Shown here: positions 51,900 through 64,000 of the stretch, in pieces | Layout of the letters: the number at the start of each line of letters is the position of its first letter | Position numbering within the stretch: position 1 is the first letter of the stretch | From: Halocafeteria seosinensis | Lineage: Eukaryota | Assembly: GCA_001687465.1 (NCBI GenBank) | Contig: LVLI01000132.1 | Coordinates: forward strand, 62,001 to 126,000 | Length of the DNA stretch: 64,000 bases | Reading direction: 5' to 3' | The notes under the pieces: model-generated | Told to the model about the DNA's origin: nothing | Databases searched by the model: none | Seen by the model: the letters and a program-made list of their open reading frames with translations, nothing else | Translations under genes and position numbers: made by a program

Positions 51900-53802
51900 A
51901 TGGAGTTCCCCTCCTCCGCCTCCGTGAACGACCGCGGCAACCCAAGAGCGAGTAGCGGAAGTCCAACTGCCGCGAATGGTCTAAGCGCGATCGATGATTA
52001 CCCCCATTATTTGCAGACAGGCAGCAGCCACCGCCCGCCGCAACACTTGCGAATACGGTCTCCTGGTACGGTAAATTCGGAGAGTACAAGCACCACATCT
52101 TCCTCCCACTCCGAAGACTGGAGCGAGGTAAAACTAACGCAAGTCCTGGCTGGACTGCCTGTTTTGGACTACAGCCATTTGCGCTATGAGACAAGCGTAT
52201 GTTGGGGAATCTTTGTGTGTGTTTGTGTATGTGTGGTATCCGCTTCATGGTCTGTATCCCCCTTTGCTTTTACAGAAGACCCAGCGGAACGAAAGTGATA
52301 CCACTGTGGTGGCTGTCAAGGAATGCGTTCAGTTCTATGCCAAGGGTTGCGTGCGATTACGATCCATATTGTGCGCGGTAGAAAGCTTCATCCACCGGCA
52401 ATCACTACAGGTGAAGATGTCGAATCCCAAATCAGCTCAGCCGCACGAGCTGGCAGTGGAGGATCTACTCGCCACTCAGGCAAAGAAGCTGTCGACGGAA
52501 GCCGCGAATGCTGGAGCATGGCAAGTAATGGAAGCTGCGCTGTATGTTTATCGGTTTATACACAAATACTCGCCGTGGATGAAACCCCCGAGAGCTGCCA
52601 GGCAAGAGCGACCTACAGGGGAGCTTTTCAAGAAAGACAGAAGAAAATTCATGAAGCGGTTAACCAATCGTAGGAAACACTTGTTCAAACTCTTGACGAC
52701 GTCCTTTCGGAGGTTTACAAGGATTGTTTCCGAAAAAGTAAGTAGTGGGAGCGTTTTCTGCTGTCCGTCTCGTTCGGTACAACTAGTGGATTGTGTCTTC
52801 CGCGTGGAATTTGTGCAGTACATAAGCCCTGCCGATATCCAAGCTCTGCCGGAAGCATCGGATACCCGTACTGGTTTATCCTTACGCGATTGGTTCCATA
52901 GGCTCAGTGAAACCTCGTTGGAAATTTATATAAAACGGTATTGCTCCATCTACGACGAGATGGTTGCCGCATCTTCCTCCTCTAGGGAAGATTCTTCTGC
53001 AAGGGATTCTTCGTCTGAAAAACAGCCAATAAAACGAGGCACTGGAGCTGAGCTGGTAGAATATATCCCCGACGACGAAGTCGCCAATGACCGAGATGAT
53101 AACACATACGGTCTGAGGGGGTTCCAATGGCCTCCCTTGCATGAAAATGAAGAGCCCTTAATGCATATGGAAGTCGACAAATTCATTGATTCAGACGTAC
53201 AACGAGCTATCCGTTCCTCGGATTGTCCGTTTGATCAGCTGTGCATTACGATGGAGTTCGGCATAGGCTTATACCTTGACTGCTTGGATAGTCTCTGGCA
53301 GATCCTGAAAGCTGCTAGTCTCTACCGGGAGGAAGGAAAGGATGTTATCTTTGATACAGACAAAGGTGAAGATGTAAGGATAGAGTCCATGATCCGCAAC
53401 TGCGCCCACAAGATAAAAGGCGGAGCAGGACAGCTTCACCTGCTTAAACTGTGGAAAGCGGCCCGCTTAGTCGAACTTCCTGCAAAGCAATTGATGAGCA
53501 ATGATCAAAGTTACAGCGATGAAGAGCGGAAGAACTTCCTGAATCGATTCACGAAGTGCAGGAATATTCTGTTTCTCTGGGTCCAGTACCGAAATTTGAG
53601 TGTGCTGTTGCACAGGCTCCCACGTTTCTTTGGCACGACAGTCGACGAGATCCGACGACACTCTGTGGAGTTCGAAGGCGATGAAGGAGAGGCGGATCTC
53701 AGCAATAAGCTACGAAGCATGTCTACGGAGAGTTTTGACAGCTACTTCCGCGGAATTCAAGTGTATGAGCCGTTCAATGATTGCACCTGGGTTCTGAGGT
53801 GA
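51900..53802 (+). CDS. Tandem-HPt domain protein, paralogue 2
   Basis: Introns 52197-52275 and 52738-52818. Contains AHKIKGGAGQLHLLKLWKAARLVE (His 53407) and shares IP.D.VANDR.DNTYG..G..WPP, ELP.K and FL..FT.C.N.LF.WVQ.RN with paralogue 1. Confidence 0.75.
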
Positions 53803-53811
53803 TAGCGCGCG

Positions 53812-56800
53812 CTAAATCAAGGTGAAGGGTGCGTCTACGGTAACTCTCCTTTCTTGTTCATGACCTGGACCCATGAGTTGGTAGAGAAGGCCGACGTTGC
53901 TGACTTCGATATTCAACGCCTGTAACTGTTCCCACTCGGTCAGCGGTTGGTCTTTTTCACAGGCAGACTCCTCTTCATGTTTCAGTGACAGGGAGTCGTG
54001 CGTTATATCAAATCCCGCAGGTAGTGTCTGGTGGATCGTCGGCGCCTTGCAACTGCTCACTTTCGGTGAAAAAATCCAACCACAGTGAGTACTGGGATCT
54101 AGACCGGAGAGGATCTCCTGTTTGCCATTGGCTAGCGGTACTGCAAATACGCCACTGTGATGTGAGCTAGCCCGATATATCGATTGCCAGTCAACTGGAT
54201 CCCATTTGCTGTTCTTGGCGGGAGGATGGGCCCATGACTTAACGAAAAAATATGGATGACCGTTAGTTGGTTCCTTCTTAACCATTGTCATGGCATGCCC
54301 TAAATGAAAAGCATTGCTTGCATAATACCATTTCACGTGATGATCATCCAGTAGCTGCCGCGTTGACCGGTCAAGAAGTAAGCTGATTTCATCAGACTGG
54401 TTTCGGTGCACTTGTATAGTCCTCTGGTCCGCCGTTACGATCCAGTCTTTTTGAACGCCAGTGACACTTATACGGCGCTGTGTGTGTAGCTCCGTCTCCT
54501 CGGCAGCGCGTCTGCCGGATATATGGGCCGTTTCCTGTATGTTTAAAATCCCCTCACTGGCCTCCGGTTCAGCTACTCTTTGATCTATAGGCTGGTGTAA
54601 CTCCGAAAATGTCTCTGCTACATACACCAGCGTTATTGTAGCAACGTCACTTCTGTTGATCCAGTGTTGAATCCACTGTTTTAATTGTTTGTCGTCGAAT
54701 GGCGGAGAAATTTCGGCAATGAGATTGACCTTGTTGCCGTAGTCCCTTGGAGTTCCGGACCACGCTCTCTCCGTCAGCGAGCGAACCGGTAGTAATATGC
54801 GATGCAGGAAGGCTCCTAGTGTGTTTCTGATAGAAAGGAGCACCCTCTGAAGTAATCGCACCGCGTTGTTCGTGGCAGCTTGCAAGATCGACTCTTGGTA
54901 GTAAGCTCTTCTTCCGAAGCGCGCATGGTCTCCATAATTCTCGATGGCATGGTCAATCAGTGTGTAATGTTTCAGGTAGAAAACACACTCTTCCTTGTGC
55001 TCTTCAGTGAAGTGTCTCTGTAGAAATAATATGTAAATCTCTTGTGGCTAAACACATATACGCGAAAGAAAGTTGTAAAAAATGACACGCACCAGAATGT
55101 AACGCGAAAAACGTGGTAGGACTTCTCCACAGAACGCCGCCATCTTAGACAAGCGATTCCACAGTTCAGCACTTCTTGCCTCAAGGGGACTGTTTCCGTT
55201 TTTCCAATCCTCCCCAAGTGTGCCTGCGACCGCCAACGTGCCACTGAAAATACTTCGTTCTATCGCGGAAGCTGCGAAAGAGTTGTAGCGTGGCTGCAAT
55301 GCCGACAAACATACTACCTGCCTTCCAAGTCGCTCATCTGGAACCTGAAGGGACATAGTCTGAGCGAAACCACTGTACGTCGTTATCCCCAACTGTAGCA
55401 TAAAATCGTCCACCATAGAGTATAGAGTGCGTAAAGGGAGGCCTGGGGCTCCTTCCTGTAGCGCTTCACCAATCCACATATCATCTTGAGGCCAGTGTGC
55501 GGGACATTCACCAAGTCTTGCACACTTCAAAAGTGTGAGCAATTCCAACTCTTGATAAGATTCTTTGGAAGGGTCAGTGGCTCCCCGCGCTTCTACATAC
55601 CTGGTCACAAGATGAAACGGTGCCAACTTTTCCAACAACTGTTGGTGTCTTGTGCTATTCTCCGGCTGCAGAAGTACTACTGTTGCGTATCCCGTGACAA
55701 TAGCGGCGGTGGTATTTCTCGCAGCCTGGGCCTCTCTCCTAGACAGTAAGGGAGGAATTCGCTCAAGCATTGGCCAACAATGACTCGACGTTTCGATACC
55801 CTCTAGGAGAGCCAATAACTTGGACCTGGTGGCATGAGCACATGTGGCCTTCCACCATGGTTTCAAAGAATCTTCTAGACTGTTCAAAATTTGAGGAAAT
55901 TCCCGCTTAAGTTCGGAGACTCTGGGACATACAGTACATGCGTCCTCCACGGAAAGTCCTTGAATAAGAGCGTCTTCGGGTATTTTAGCGGTGGCGTCGG
56001 TCGCTTCTTCTGACTCCGGAAGTTTCACTTCCTTGCCATGTGGTACAATGCTAGGTGGTTGATCAGGCGTGCTACCAGTGAAAGAACCTAGAATATGTTT
56101 TAAATGCTCTATAGAAACAGTCAACGTCTTGTTGACATCTGCTTGTCGCTCTCGGAAACCTTCCATTTTCCGTGAAAACGTGTAGCCGGTGTAACCGCTC
56201 CAGAAGATGCTTGGCTCTGTTTCGTTTTGGCCAAGTTTTTGTAGGAAGACCTTCTCTCCCTCTTCTGCTTCACGTATCTGCTGTTTCTTTTGCTCCCTTA
56301 TCGTCATTGAGTAACCTACCGCCGTCATGCCCCACAGTTCCCATCTACGGATAACTTCTTCTCTTTTCCAGATCACATGCTGCCGACTTTCAAACATTCG
56401 AGCATAGGTTTTTCGCAAATTACTGTTAGATCCTAAGGATACTGCTATTCCTACGTATTCCGCCGGGGTCCTTGCAATTAAGCCGGTGACTCCCATACTC
56501 AGAAGAAGAGAATGTCCCATCCTGCCTCTGAGGAACCTGCACAGAAAATTAGAAGCCTCAGTGTTGCTTGCAGTTGTAATAGGCCGTATTTCGAACTTAC
56601 TCAGTTGGCATCGTTACGAAGGGAATCCCAAGTGATATGGCGTCGGCTGCAGTTTTTGAGCCATCGAACGGAAAAGGGTGGAGTACGACATCTACGCTGG
56701 CGAGAGTTCCCATGAATCTGTCGGAATTCGGCTCTCGTTTGGTCCATATTATTTTTCGCACTACCTCTGGAATACGCTCAGACCATCGGCGCTTGAGAGC

Positions 56801-59267
56801 ATCCGTCCATTCTTCTTTACGTCCCTGACAGAATGATCATTGAAGACCTGTGTGTCTATAGGGAACGAGTTCGGAGCAGACTCCACTTACCTCTACCATC
56901 AGTAGATAAAACTTCTCTGAAGAAGCCAGAATATCACGAAGAACATTGTCAAAATATGGGTGAAACTTATAAGAACTTTGTAAGCAACCAAACAAAACGT
57001 CGTCGTGCGATAGTCCCCAATCGGTCTTCGTACGAAGGTACTCTTTCGGGGGATCAGGGACTCTCTCATAGTAAATCCCTTGTCCTCCCATTCGAAACAA
57101 TTGCTCCGAGTAATGGGTGTAAGAGTCGATACTTTCCATTTTATCTGCATTTTTTCATTAAGAGTTTGTATTAAAGCTATGCAGTAATGGCCAAATGACC
57201 CAAATATCTTGAATCTACCTTACCTCCGGAAATGAAGAAGTCTAATGTATCGATATGTCCGCTGCTAATAGGGTTGCCCCAAAAGACGGCCTGTACTTTA
57301 GCGAGCCGGGATGATGCCAACTGGTACGCGCCTAGCTCGGAATATTGATCTGAAAACACAAGAATGTCCAACTGTTTAGAAGCAATTGCTTCGCGCATGT
57401 CGGCTATGTTTTCGTTCAACTCAATTGTTAAATCTGCAGCGTCAAGAATGTCGTTGTTCAAGTAGTAGCCTGCACCTTTGCGGTAAAACACGGACACATG
57501 ATAGTGATGACGATCCATGTTCTGGATAATTCCTTGGAGTAACTGTCCATGTGCATGATTCACGGTAAAATATTTGCTGTAAAACCCAATGCGTATTTTC
57601 CTACGCCCCTCGCTAAGATCGTTCGCTAGATTATTGGTTTCTGTATTTCGAAGATGTTGTGCCACGTACAATTGCTTCGGCTCCAATACCGCTGCTAGAT
57701 CTGCAAGGAATGGCAAATCGTTCATTCCATGGTATGGAAGATAGAAAGGGAGCTCGATTCTCTCGAGATCGTCCACGTTGACCACTCCTTTGCCCCGTAA
57801 GCCACCTAGAATCTGTTGCATTTTTCCACGTTGACGCAGAATTGACTGCTCACTTGCTGCCACTGCCGGAAGCAACAACGCGGCCCGTAGCATCAATATC
57901 GGGTTAGAACTAGCTCGGGAGGCGTAAAGTAGCAGGTCTTGTGCATGGGTTACCGATTCTTCGGTGAAGTCACTGGCGAGATTCTCTCCGAGCATCCTGG
58001 CTAATTCTGGGTCAAACCTATTGCTCAATAGGCTGCTCGTCATAGTTTGTCTGGCAGCACGTGTGTCTCCAAGAGCATTGAAAGCAAGAGACAAATTATT
58101 TATAACATTTATATCATCACTTTTGAGTTGGAGAGCAACAGTGTACCATCTGACGCTTTGGGAAGGGTTACCTGCATACTGATAACAAGCACCAATGTTT
58201 AACAGCAAAGCTTCAATTTTCAATGCCGGTAGCGTGGTGTTGCGCTTTAGTGAACGCGGAGGGGGTGGTGGTTTCCACTGGTCCAGCTGCTGCTCGAGAT
58301 TTTGCTCAGATAAGCCAATCAAAAGCAAAACAGCCTTCCATTTGTTCAAAGCTTCCATATAGTCCTTCTCAGCGAATGATATTTCAGCGCTTTGCCACAT
58401 TAACCAAACCTGGGACAAACGCACTTGTCGATGAATTTTGACTGAACTTATCTGGGCCTTTGCTTGTGACAACTCTTTCTGGTCTATCAATTTCCGAACT
58501 CCATGGACTAAAACCTCCAATTCTCTCAAGTGCTGTTGCTCAAGCGGCTGTCCCTCAGAAGTGGGAGTTGAAGCGTGGAAGATTGCTGGAAGTTCTTCTG
58601 CAAAATTGCTAGGTCCATTTGTCAGCGACAGGTTACCAGTGTCCACTAACGCCCACGGGGTGACATCGGGTATCCATTGGAAAGGAAGCGATATAGTGAA
58701 GTGTCCTTTTGCTAGTCCCAGTTTTTCCAGTTCTTTTTCCACCTTACTGCGAACTATTTCGTGAGATAGTGCGGCATGCACATTATACATTCGAGGAATT
58801 ACCTCAGCCGTGCTTCCTAATTCACACCAAACATCGTTGTATTGCCATAGCGCGTCTTGGTACATCCCATTCGTGTATAAGTAGTCGCCATACAACAACT
58901 TAACGGCTAGAGAGGCATTTGCCACTTGCACTGCATGCTTTAAATTATCTAAAGCAATTTGAATTCTTCCAAACACTTTCTGCACTTGCGCTAAGTAAAC
59001 TAATGAGGCCACATCTTCCGGATCTTCTCGTACTCGCTGACTGAAACAAATTTCTGCATCATCCCATGCATTGACCACTGTGAAGTGCAAACATGGAACT
59101 TTATTCGTGTCGATGAAGATATCTCCGGTCACACGTATCAAGGAATTCGCATTCTCGTTGGCGGCCTTGGCAATGTGTGAAAACTGCAGCTGAAAACCCA
59201 ACAACGTAACCAAAGCCACCAAACATGTTACAGGGGAACGACCGTGACAAGAGTAGGCGTTTTTCAT
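53812..59267 (-). CDS. TPR + GT41 (SPINDLY/OGT-like) glycosyltransferase with a signal-peptide-like N-terminus and long C-terminal extension, spliced
   Basis: TPR-like repeats followed by KIRIGFYS...HAHG, LDILVF.D, SRLAKVQAVFWGNPISSG...DFFIS, FGCLQ..YKFHP, DVVLHPFPFDG..T..DA...GIPFVT, GRMGHSLL..MG. A phase-0 intron at ~55018-55092 links the last exon. Confidence 0.82.
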
Positions 59268-59647
59268 TTTCCATCCACTTAGTATTGTCCTATAATTGTC
59301 CTCTACCGCGGCTTCCAGTATTGGGGTCTTTGTTGCTCTCTCAAAGGCTACCGCCGGTCGCAGATGTTGCCATCATCTAATAGATCAAACTATATGTATA
59401 CTTCTACCTTTTCCTTTGTCTTATCACTGTCCACATAAAACCACTATGGTACAGGCAACTAGCAGAGCCTCGTGGAATTTTGTGTCCCGTTTCTCTCTCT
59501 GTCAGACTGTGAAACATTTGTTTGCTTCCTCGGGCCCTTCACGCGCCAACCGTCTCTTTAGTGTTGTCAAAAGAGGGTGTTTAGGCACGCAAGAGGGATG
59601 CTGCCAAACTTCAGAGATATCTGTACTTTCGGAAGCAGTCGAACGTG

Positions 59648-61537
59648 ATGGAGAGCTTATTGTCGTGGGGGAAAGGGGGAAACACTTCCGGTCAGTCCGT
59701 GGAACTGGAATTGAAATACGACTCCTTGACTCGTACGTTGTCTATTTCTGCTGGTTTCTAAGCTTCATAGAGCTTGTTGGGTGAGCGTTTTCATCGCTTT
59801 CTTACGCGCAACCAAAGTACGGGAAGCCAGATGTATGCTTGCCTTTGGTTACAGAAGCCCTCGAGAACCGACATTTACTCCCCAAAGATTGGGCGACACA
59901 GTTGGATACATTCATTTCTCAACAATTGAAACCAGTGCTCCAGAGGGTCACTGTGTACACCGAGGAGAAAGGATGGCGTCTCCAGTCTTTTCATGGTAAG
60001 GCTCCTCTTTATCTTCTAGGCCCTGCTTCTCTGCTGGTGCATGCAGTTTCACACACATCGCAGGTCTCGACTGGGATGTTCGCCTTTCGTACCCAGCTGT
60101 AGATAAATGCTTCCAGGAGCTTTTAGAGAAGATGCGAGAGATAGGAGAAGCTGGGAAAACATTACTACGATATGTATGTCTGAGGGTTTGGATGGGATGA
60201 AAGATGAATCTTGACTTGTCTGGCCAATCGCAGTTTGCTAACCCCTTGCTGGAAGCTCTTAGTACCGTCCTCAAGGAGTATCGTAACCGTAATCTTCATT
60301 TGGCGTACTCGGCAAAACTTTTATTGCAACTCGGGAAATTTGATGCGTGAGTCGAAAACGCGTTATATATAGGTTTGGGATCCCGTGTGAGTTAACCTCG
60401 GTAGACTCCTTCCCAGAAACGAGCTTCGAATGTCGAAAGCGGGCGCTGAAAAGAAGATGGGCGACGCACAACAACGAATACAAGTAATTGCTTATCATCT
60501 CTGCACTACAATTGTGTATCGTTTTAGTGATTATCTAGTGAATGTTGTTCCTGCAGGAATGCCGACGAGCCATAGCGAAAGCAACGGAGGATCTGAAGCA
60601 AGCTTGCAATGCATATCAGATTGACTCTCGCCATCTCCACAGTTCTGAAGCAACCAATAAGGAGGAAATCGTGAAAACTACGCTCCTATGGAGTGTCGCA
60701 GACCGTGTTCCTTCAGTTAACCGGGCTGAAAGTCTGCTTGCAAGCCCTGAATTGCAACAACTGATAGAGTTCTACGAGAGTTTCGCGGCGTACATGTACG
60801 AAATTTCTGCCGTGATACTCCAACATTCTCAAAGCTACTCAAAGAACACTCAGAAATACTCGTTTCCGACCCTGGATTCGCTTAAGGAGAGCAGCCATGC
60901 TGGTTGGCAAGTTCAAGAAGGTGATATCCGCAATATGATCCACCAGCGTCTATATCCTCATGTCGAACTAGAATTGGATCCCAATTCCAGCTCATTAAAA
61001 CCAGCTAACAACAACATTAACAGCGGCAATTGCATTAATGATCACCCGTTACTCTCATCTTCGAAGCGAGTTCAAATTACATGTGATTTGAAGAAGTTAC
61101 TTTGCTTTCTGACCCAACGTACCCAAATGGAACGCGGTGACATCCGTTTGGCTGTAGGAGACCAATTGCCTGGTGCAACTTCTGCTATCAGTGGTTTCGA
61201 CTGGGCAGATAAAATGAAAACGGCCGATGAGTTAGCCAACATTCTGACAGATGAGGAACTGTGCGCAACACTGTCGTTTCTCTGGTCGGACACTGCTTTG
61301 AATACTATCACTGATCAAGTAATGGAGAAGGTACACAATGTTTCGAGGGCTGAAAGCAGGTTAGAACGCAGTTTCGAGACTGTCGAGGAAAGGAAAAAAG
61401 AGATACAAGAGGTGGACGAGAAGTTGTCAACACTGCTTGATCACTTTAAGTGGATAAAGCGAGACTTCGAAGCACATATGTCGCACGCATGTAAGGGAGC
61501 AAACATCTCAGTTACAGGTGGGCAGATCTTCGAATAA
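59648..61537 (+). CDS. CDK5RAP3/C53-like protein, divergent, multi-exon
   Basis: Three segments resemble conserved C53 blocks: N-terminal ELELKYDSLTQALENRHLLPKDW, internal R.QITCDLKKLLCFLTQR and C-terminal KRDFEAHMS....GANISVTG. Confidence 0.6.
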
Positions 61538-61563
61538 TGAAACATGATAATATATTGTTAAAT

Positions 61564-63635
61564 CTAAGAAGAAAGCAGCACTGGTGCGATTCGTCTCCGT
61601 TTAGGCTGTTCTTCCGAAGATTGGGTTGCTTCGCTAGTGGCAGCAGAAAAATTTCCCTCGGAAGTTGCTCCATTCGGTGATTTCTTGGTAATAGTATCGC
61701 CTGCTGTACGAGTGCTGGTAGAAGATGCCGCTGGAGACCCCTCCGTGGTTACGCTGGATTTCTGGCATTCCGCAGTGGAAGTGTTGGGGTTTGACGTTGG
61801 GCTAGAGTACTTCGAACCTGCGGAGTTCGGTTCCTCCGGTTCCGCACTCTTATACGTTCTGGCTAACGTCATGGCCTTCTGAAGTTGTACTGGAAGCTCC
61901 GATGCGGGTATTTTTTCTCCGAGTTCGTTGTTCTCGAAGACAGCCACGGAGCAGTAGCCGTCCAGCGATGATGTCATCAGCATGTTTCCGCTAGCAGACC
62001 TGGATATCGAACAGCGTGCAACCGGATGAGTCACGTAGTAAAGAATATTAGCTCACGTACCATGCTAAGTCAGTAAGCTTTTCAAAGTGAACATTGGCAA
62101 TAGCACCAATTGGCAGCGGTTGCTGCGTGTCGTAAAATAGGATGCTCTCAAGGCTTGCAACTGCGAAAATGCTCCTATAGGGGAAGTCAAACAGACTGCT
62201 GTGAGTTAATTGTTGGTTGCCTTCGCTCTTTTCCCGTAGCCGATAAAGAGATTTCGAACTTCGCACTGCCACCGAGGGCGATGGTATCCCAGGAAGCTGG
62301 GTTGCGGGGTGGTCCCAATAGTGTCGAGTATACAAAAAGGAAGTTGGGCTACCTTCTGGCGATTGTCCGCATGGGGCTACCAGTAGACTGCCGTCAGGTG
62401 TCCAATCCGGCCTCCGGAAAAAAGAAGGGACAGTTTCATCCATATATAGTCTTCTCTTGCTCGTTTTCGTCTTATTCGGTTCTTCTGTTTCTCGGGTGTC
62501 TCCAGCTACTGAAGCATCGTAGTATCTTGAAGCAGACTTCAAAGTGAAATTAAAGGGACGCTTCGGAGGAGTATAAAAAGGCATGTTTGTCGCATTGGCG
62601 ATGTTATCTTCTGCTTTCTCCACGGCCGCATTCTGTTTCTGCTCGTTTCTCGCCGTTTGTTCTACTGACCGGATTGCGGATTTGGAAACAGATAACCCGT
62701 ACACTCGGAGGCTTCTGTCGCAGGATTGAGTAGCAACGTAATCCCCAAGAGGATCCCACGCTACACCCTGGACGAAGTTGTTGTGATCCTTCAGTGTCTG
62801 CAGTATGCGTCCTGCGGTACCAAAACTCTTAGTCGTGGACCCGGCCTGACGAAAATGTCGATTCTCTTCTCGCGTACCTTTCTCTGCGTCCCATATCAGT
62901 GAGGTATTATCCACGGACCCGGATGCTATTCTGCTACAATCGGGAGACCAACTAATAGAGTAGACATCCGACGTGTGACCTCTGCGACAGGGGGAATATG
63001 CAAGTCTGAAGAACAGGACAATTGCCTGCCCTAGTGCAGGTTGCGAGAACAAGTACCTCAAAAGCGTTTTGGATAGGTCATTTTCTGATTCCACGTCCTT
63101 CCAAGTTTTGCCGTTCTTAGCCTTCCAAAGAAATATGCTAGAGTCTGTAGTGAGGAGCATGGCTCGATACAGTCTATCTATGAAAGACTTCCTCTTTATG
63201 AACTTACCATCACCTCCAGAGGCTAACGTTTTGCCTGCAATATTTACAACAACAAAAAAGTGAAGAACTTCGGTGTTTCGTCGTATCTCAATAACACAAC
63301 TCCTCGTACCATCGGGTGAGAACCGGACGACGTTAACAGTCCCAATATGGCCAGGAAGACTGAACAAGAAGGTCGGCGACGGGCTTGCGTTTTCGTTACC
63401 CGACGCATCAGTTCCCTGTTTGATTTCGACTTTCCAAATCTGCATTCATTTACACGTCCATACCCCCTCTGTGGTCCTTGATGAATTGAGCCTCCTCTCT
63501 TACCTTGACTTCTTCATCAGCTCCTGCGGTGGCTAACAATCCTTCCTCTGTGGGATGAAAGTCCAGCGACAGGATTGGATCATTTTTACCCCCTACACGA
63601 GCGTGCCAAGCGACTTCTAACACCTTGACTTTCAT
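61564..63635 (-). CDS. CHAF1B: Chromatin assembly factor 1 subunit B (p60/Cac2), WD40, multi-exon
   Basis: Motifs: MKVKVLEVAWH, LATAGAD, VNVVRFSP, FVQGVAWDP, ATQSCDRS, SFFRR..WTPDG.LL..P.G, LYDTQ-like FYDTQQ, SSLDGYC and the C-terminal Asf1-binding B-domain KRRRIAP. Confidence 0.92.
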
Positions 63636-64000
63636 TGTTTATCCTCCCTTAAGTCTGCTCCACTTTCACAAAATAACAATATCCCAGTCAGTCCCAACGA
63701 TTTCGAACAACCGATAGACAGGGAAACTCTACAAGCGTAATGTTTGCTATCTTTTAGACCCACAAACCTGGCAGTTATATACACCTCTCTTTTCATGTCT
63801 TGTGGGGTGATTTGAAATTGAAATGAAATTTGAAATCGTTGCTTGAATTTGAAATCGAAAAAGTCTGCGAATTGTTTGCTCGGTAAAGGTCAAAACTCTC
63901 GACGAGTCGCANTCTTCNACTGAGGGGAGAAGAAGAGAAGTGTTACATAGTCGTTCTTTATGCATTACCGGCGTTCTATTTTTCGATAGATAGATGGAAT

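Overview
Gene-dense eukaryotic genomic DNA (~48% GC, many short GT-AG introns of roughly 60-110 nt, standard code), probably from a unicellular protist; a stramenopile-like lineage is a guess from gene content only. About 19 spliced genes can be reconstructed: an alpha/beta hydrolase, a myosin with IQ, ankyrin and WW tail, HemK/PrmC, a Gfo/Idh/MocA oxidoreductase, an M20 peptidase, a CCDC13-like protein, PSF3, ALG14, an ERK7-type MAPK, GMP synthase, a secreted-looking TPR-GT41 protein, a CDK5RAP3-like protein, CAF-1 p60 and several unknowns. The standout is a >3,200-aa minus-strand protein (12815-~22800). It has membrane adenylyl-cyclase topology (TM-C1-TM-C2) but both cyclase domains lack the catalytic residues. 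These are followed by a PAS domain and a Greatwall/Rim15-like kinase whose ~580-aa activation-segment insert holds a pseudo-receiver domain and whose catalytic loop (HRDVAEKN) is tyrosine-kinase-like. About 26 kb away are two tandem paralogues, each with two HPt-like domains, one ending in a CaaX box. Together these may be an undescribed eukaryotic phosphorelay/kinase sensing system, but a functional link is not shown. Non-coding features include a 379-bp MITE-like element with 28-bp perfect TIRs and an 81-bp tandem duplication over the PSF3 stop codon. All domain calls are by-eye motif recognition, and exon boundaries are manual.
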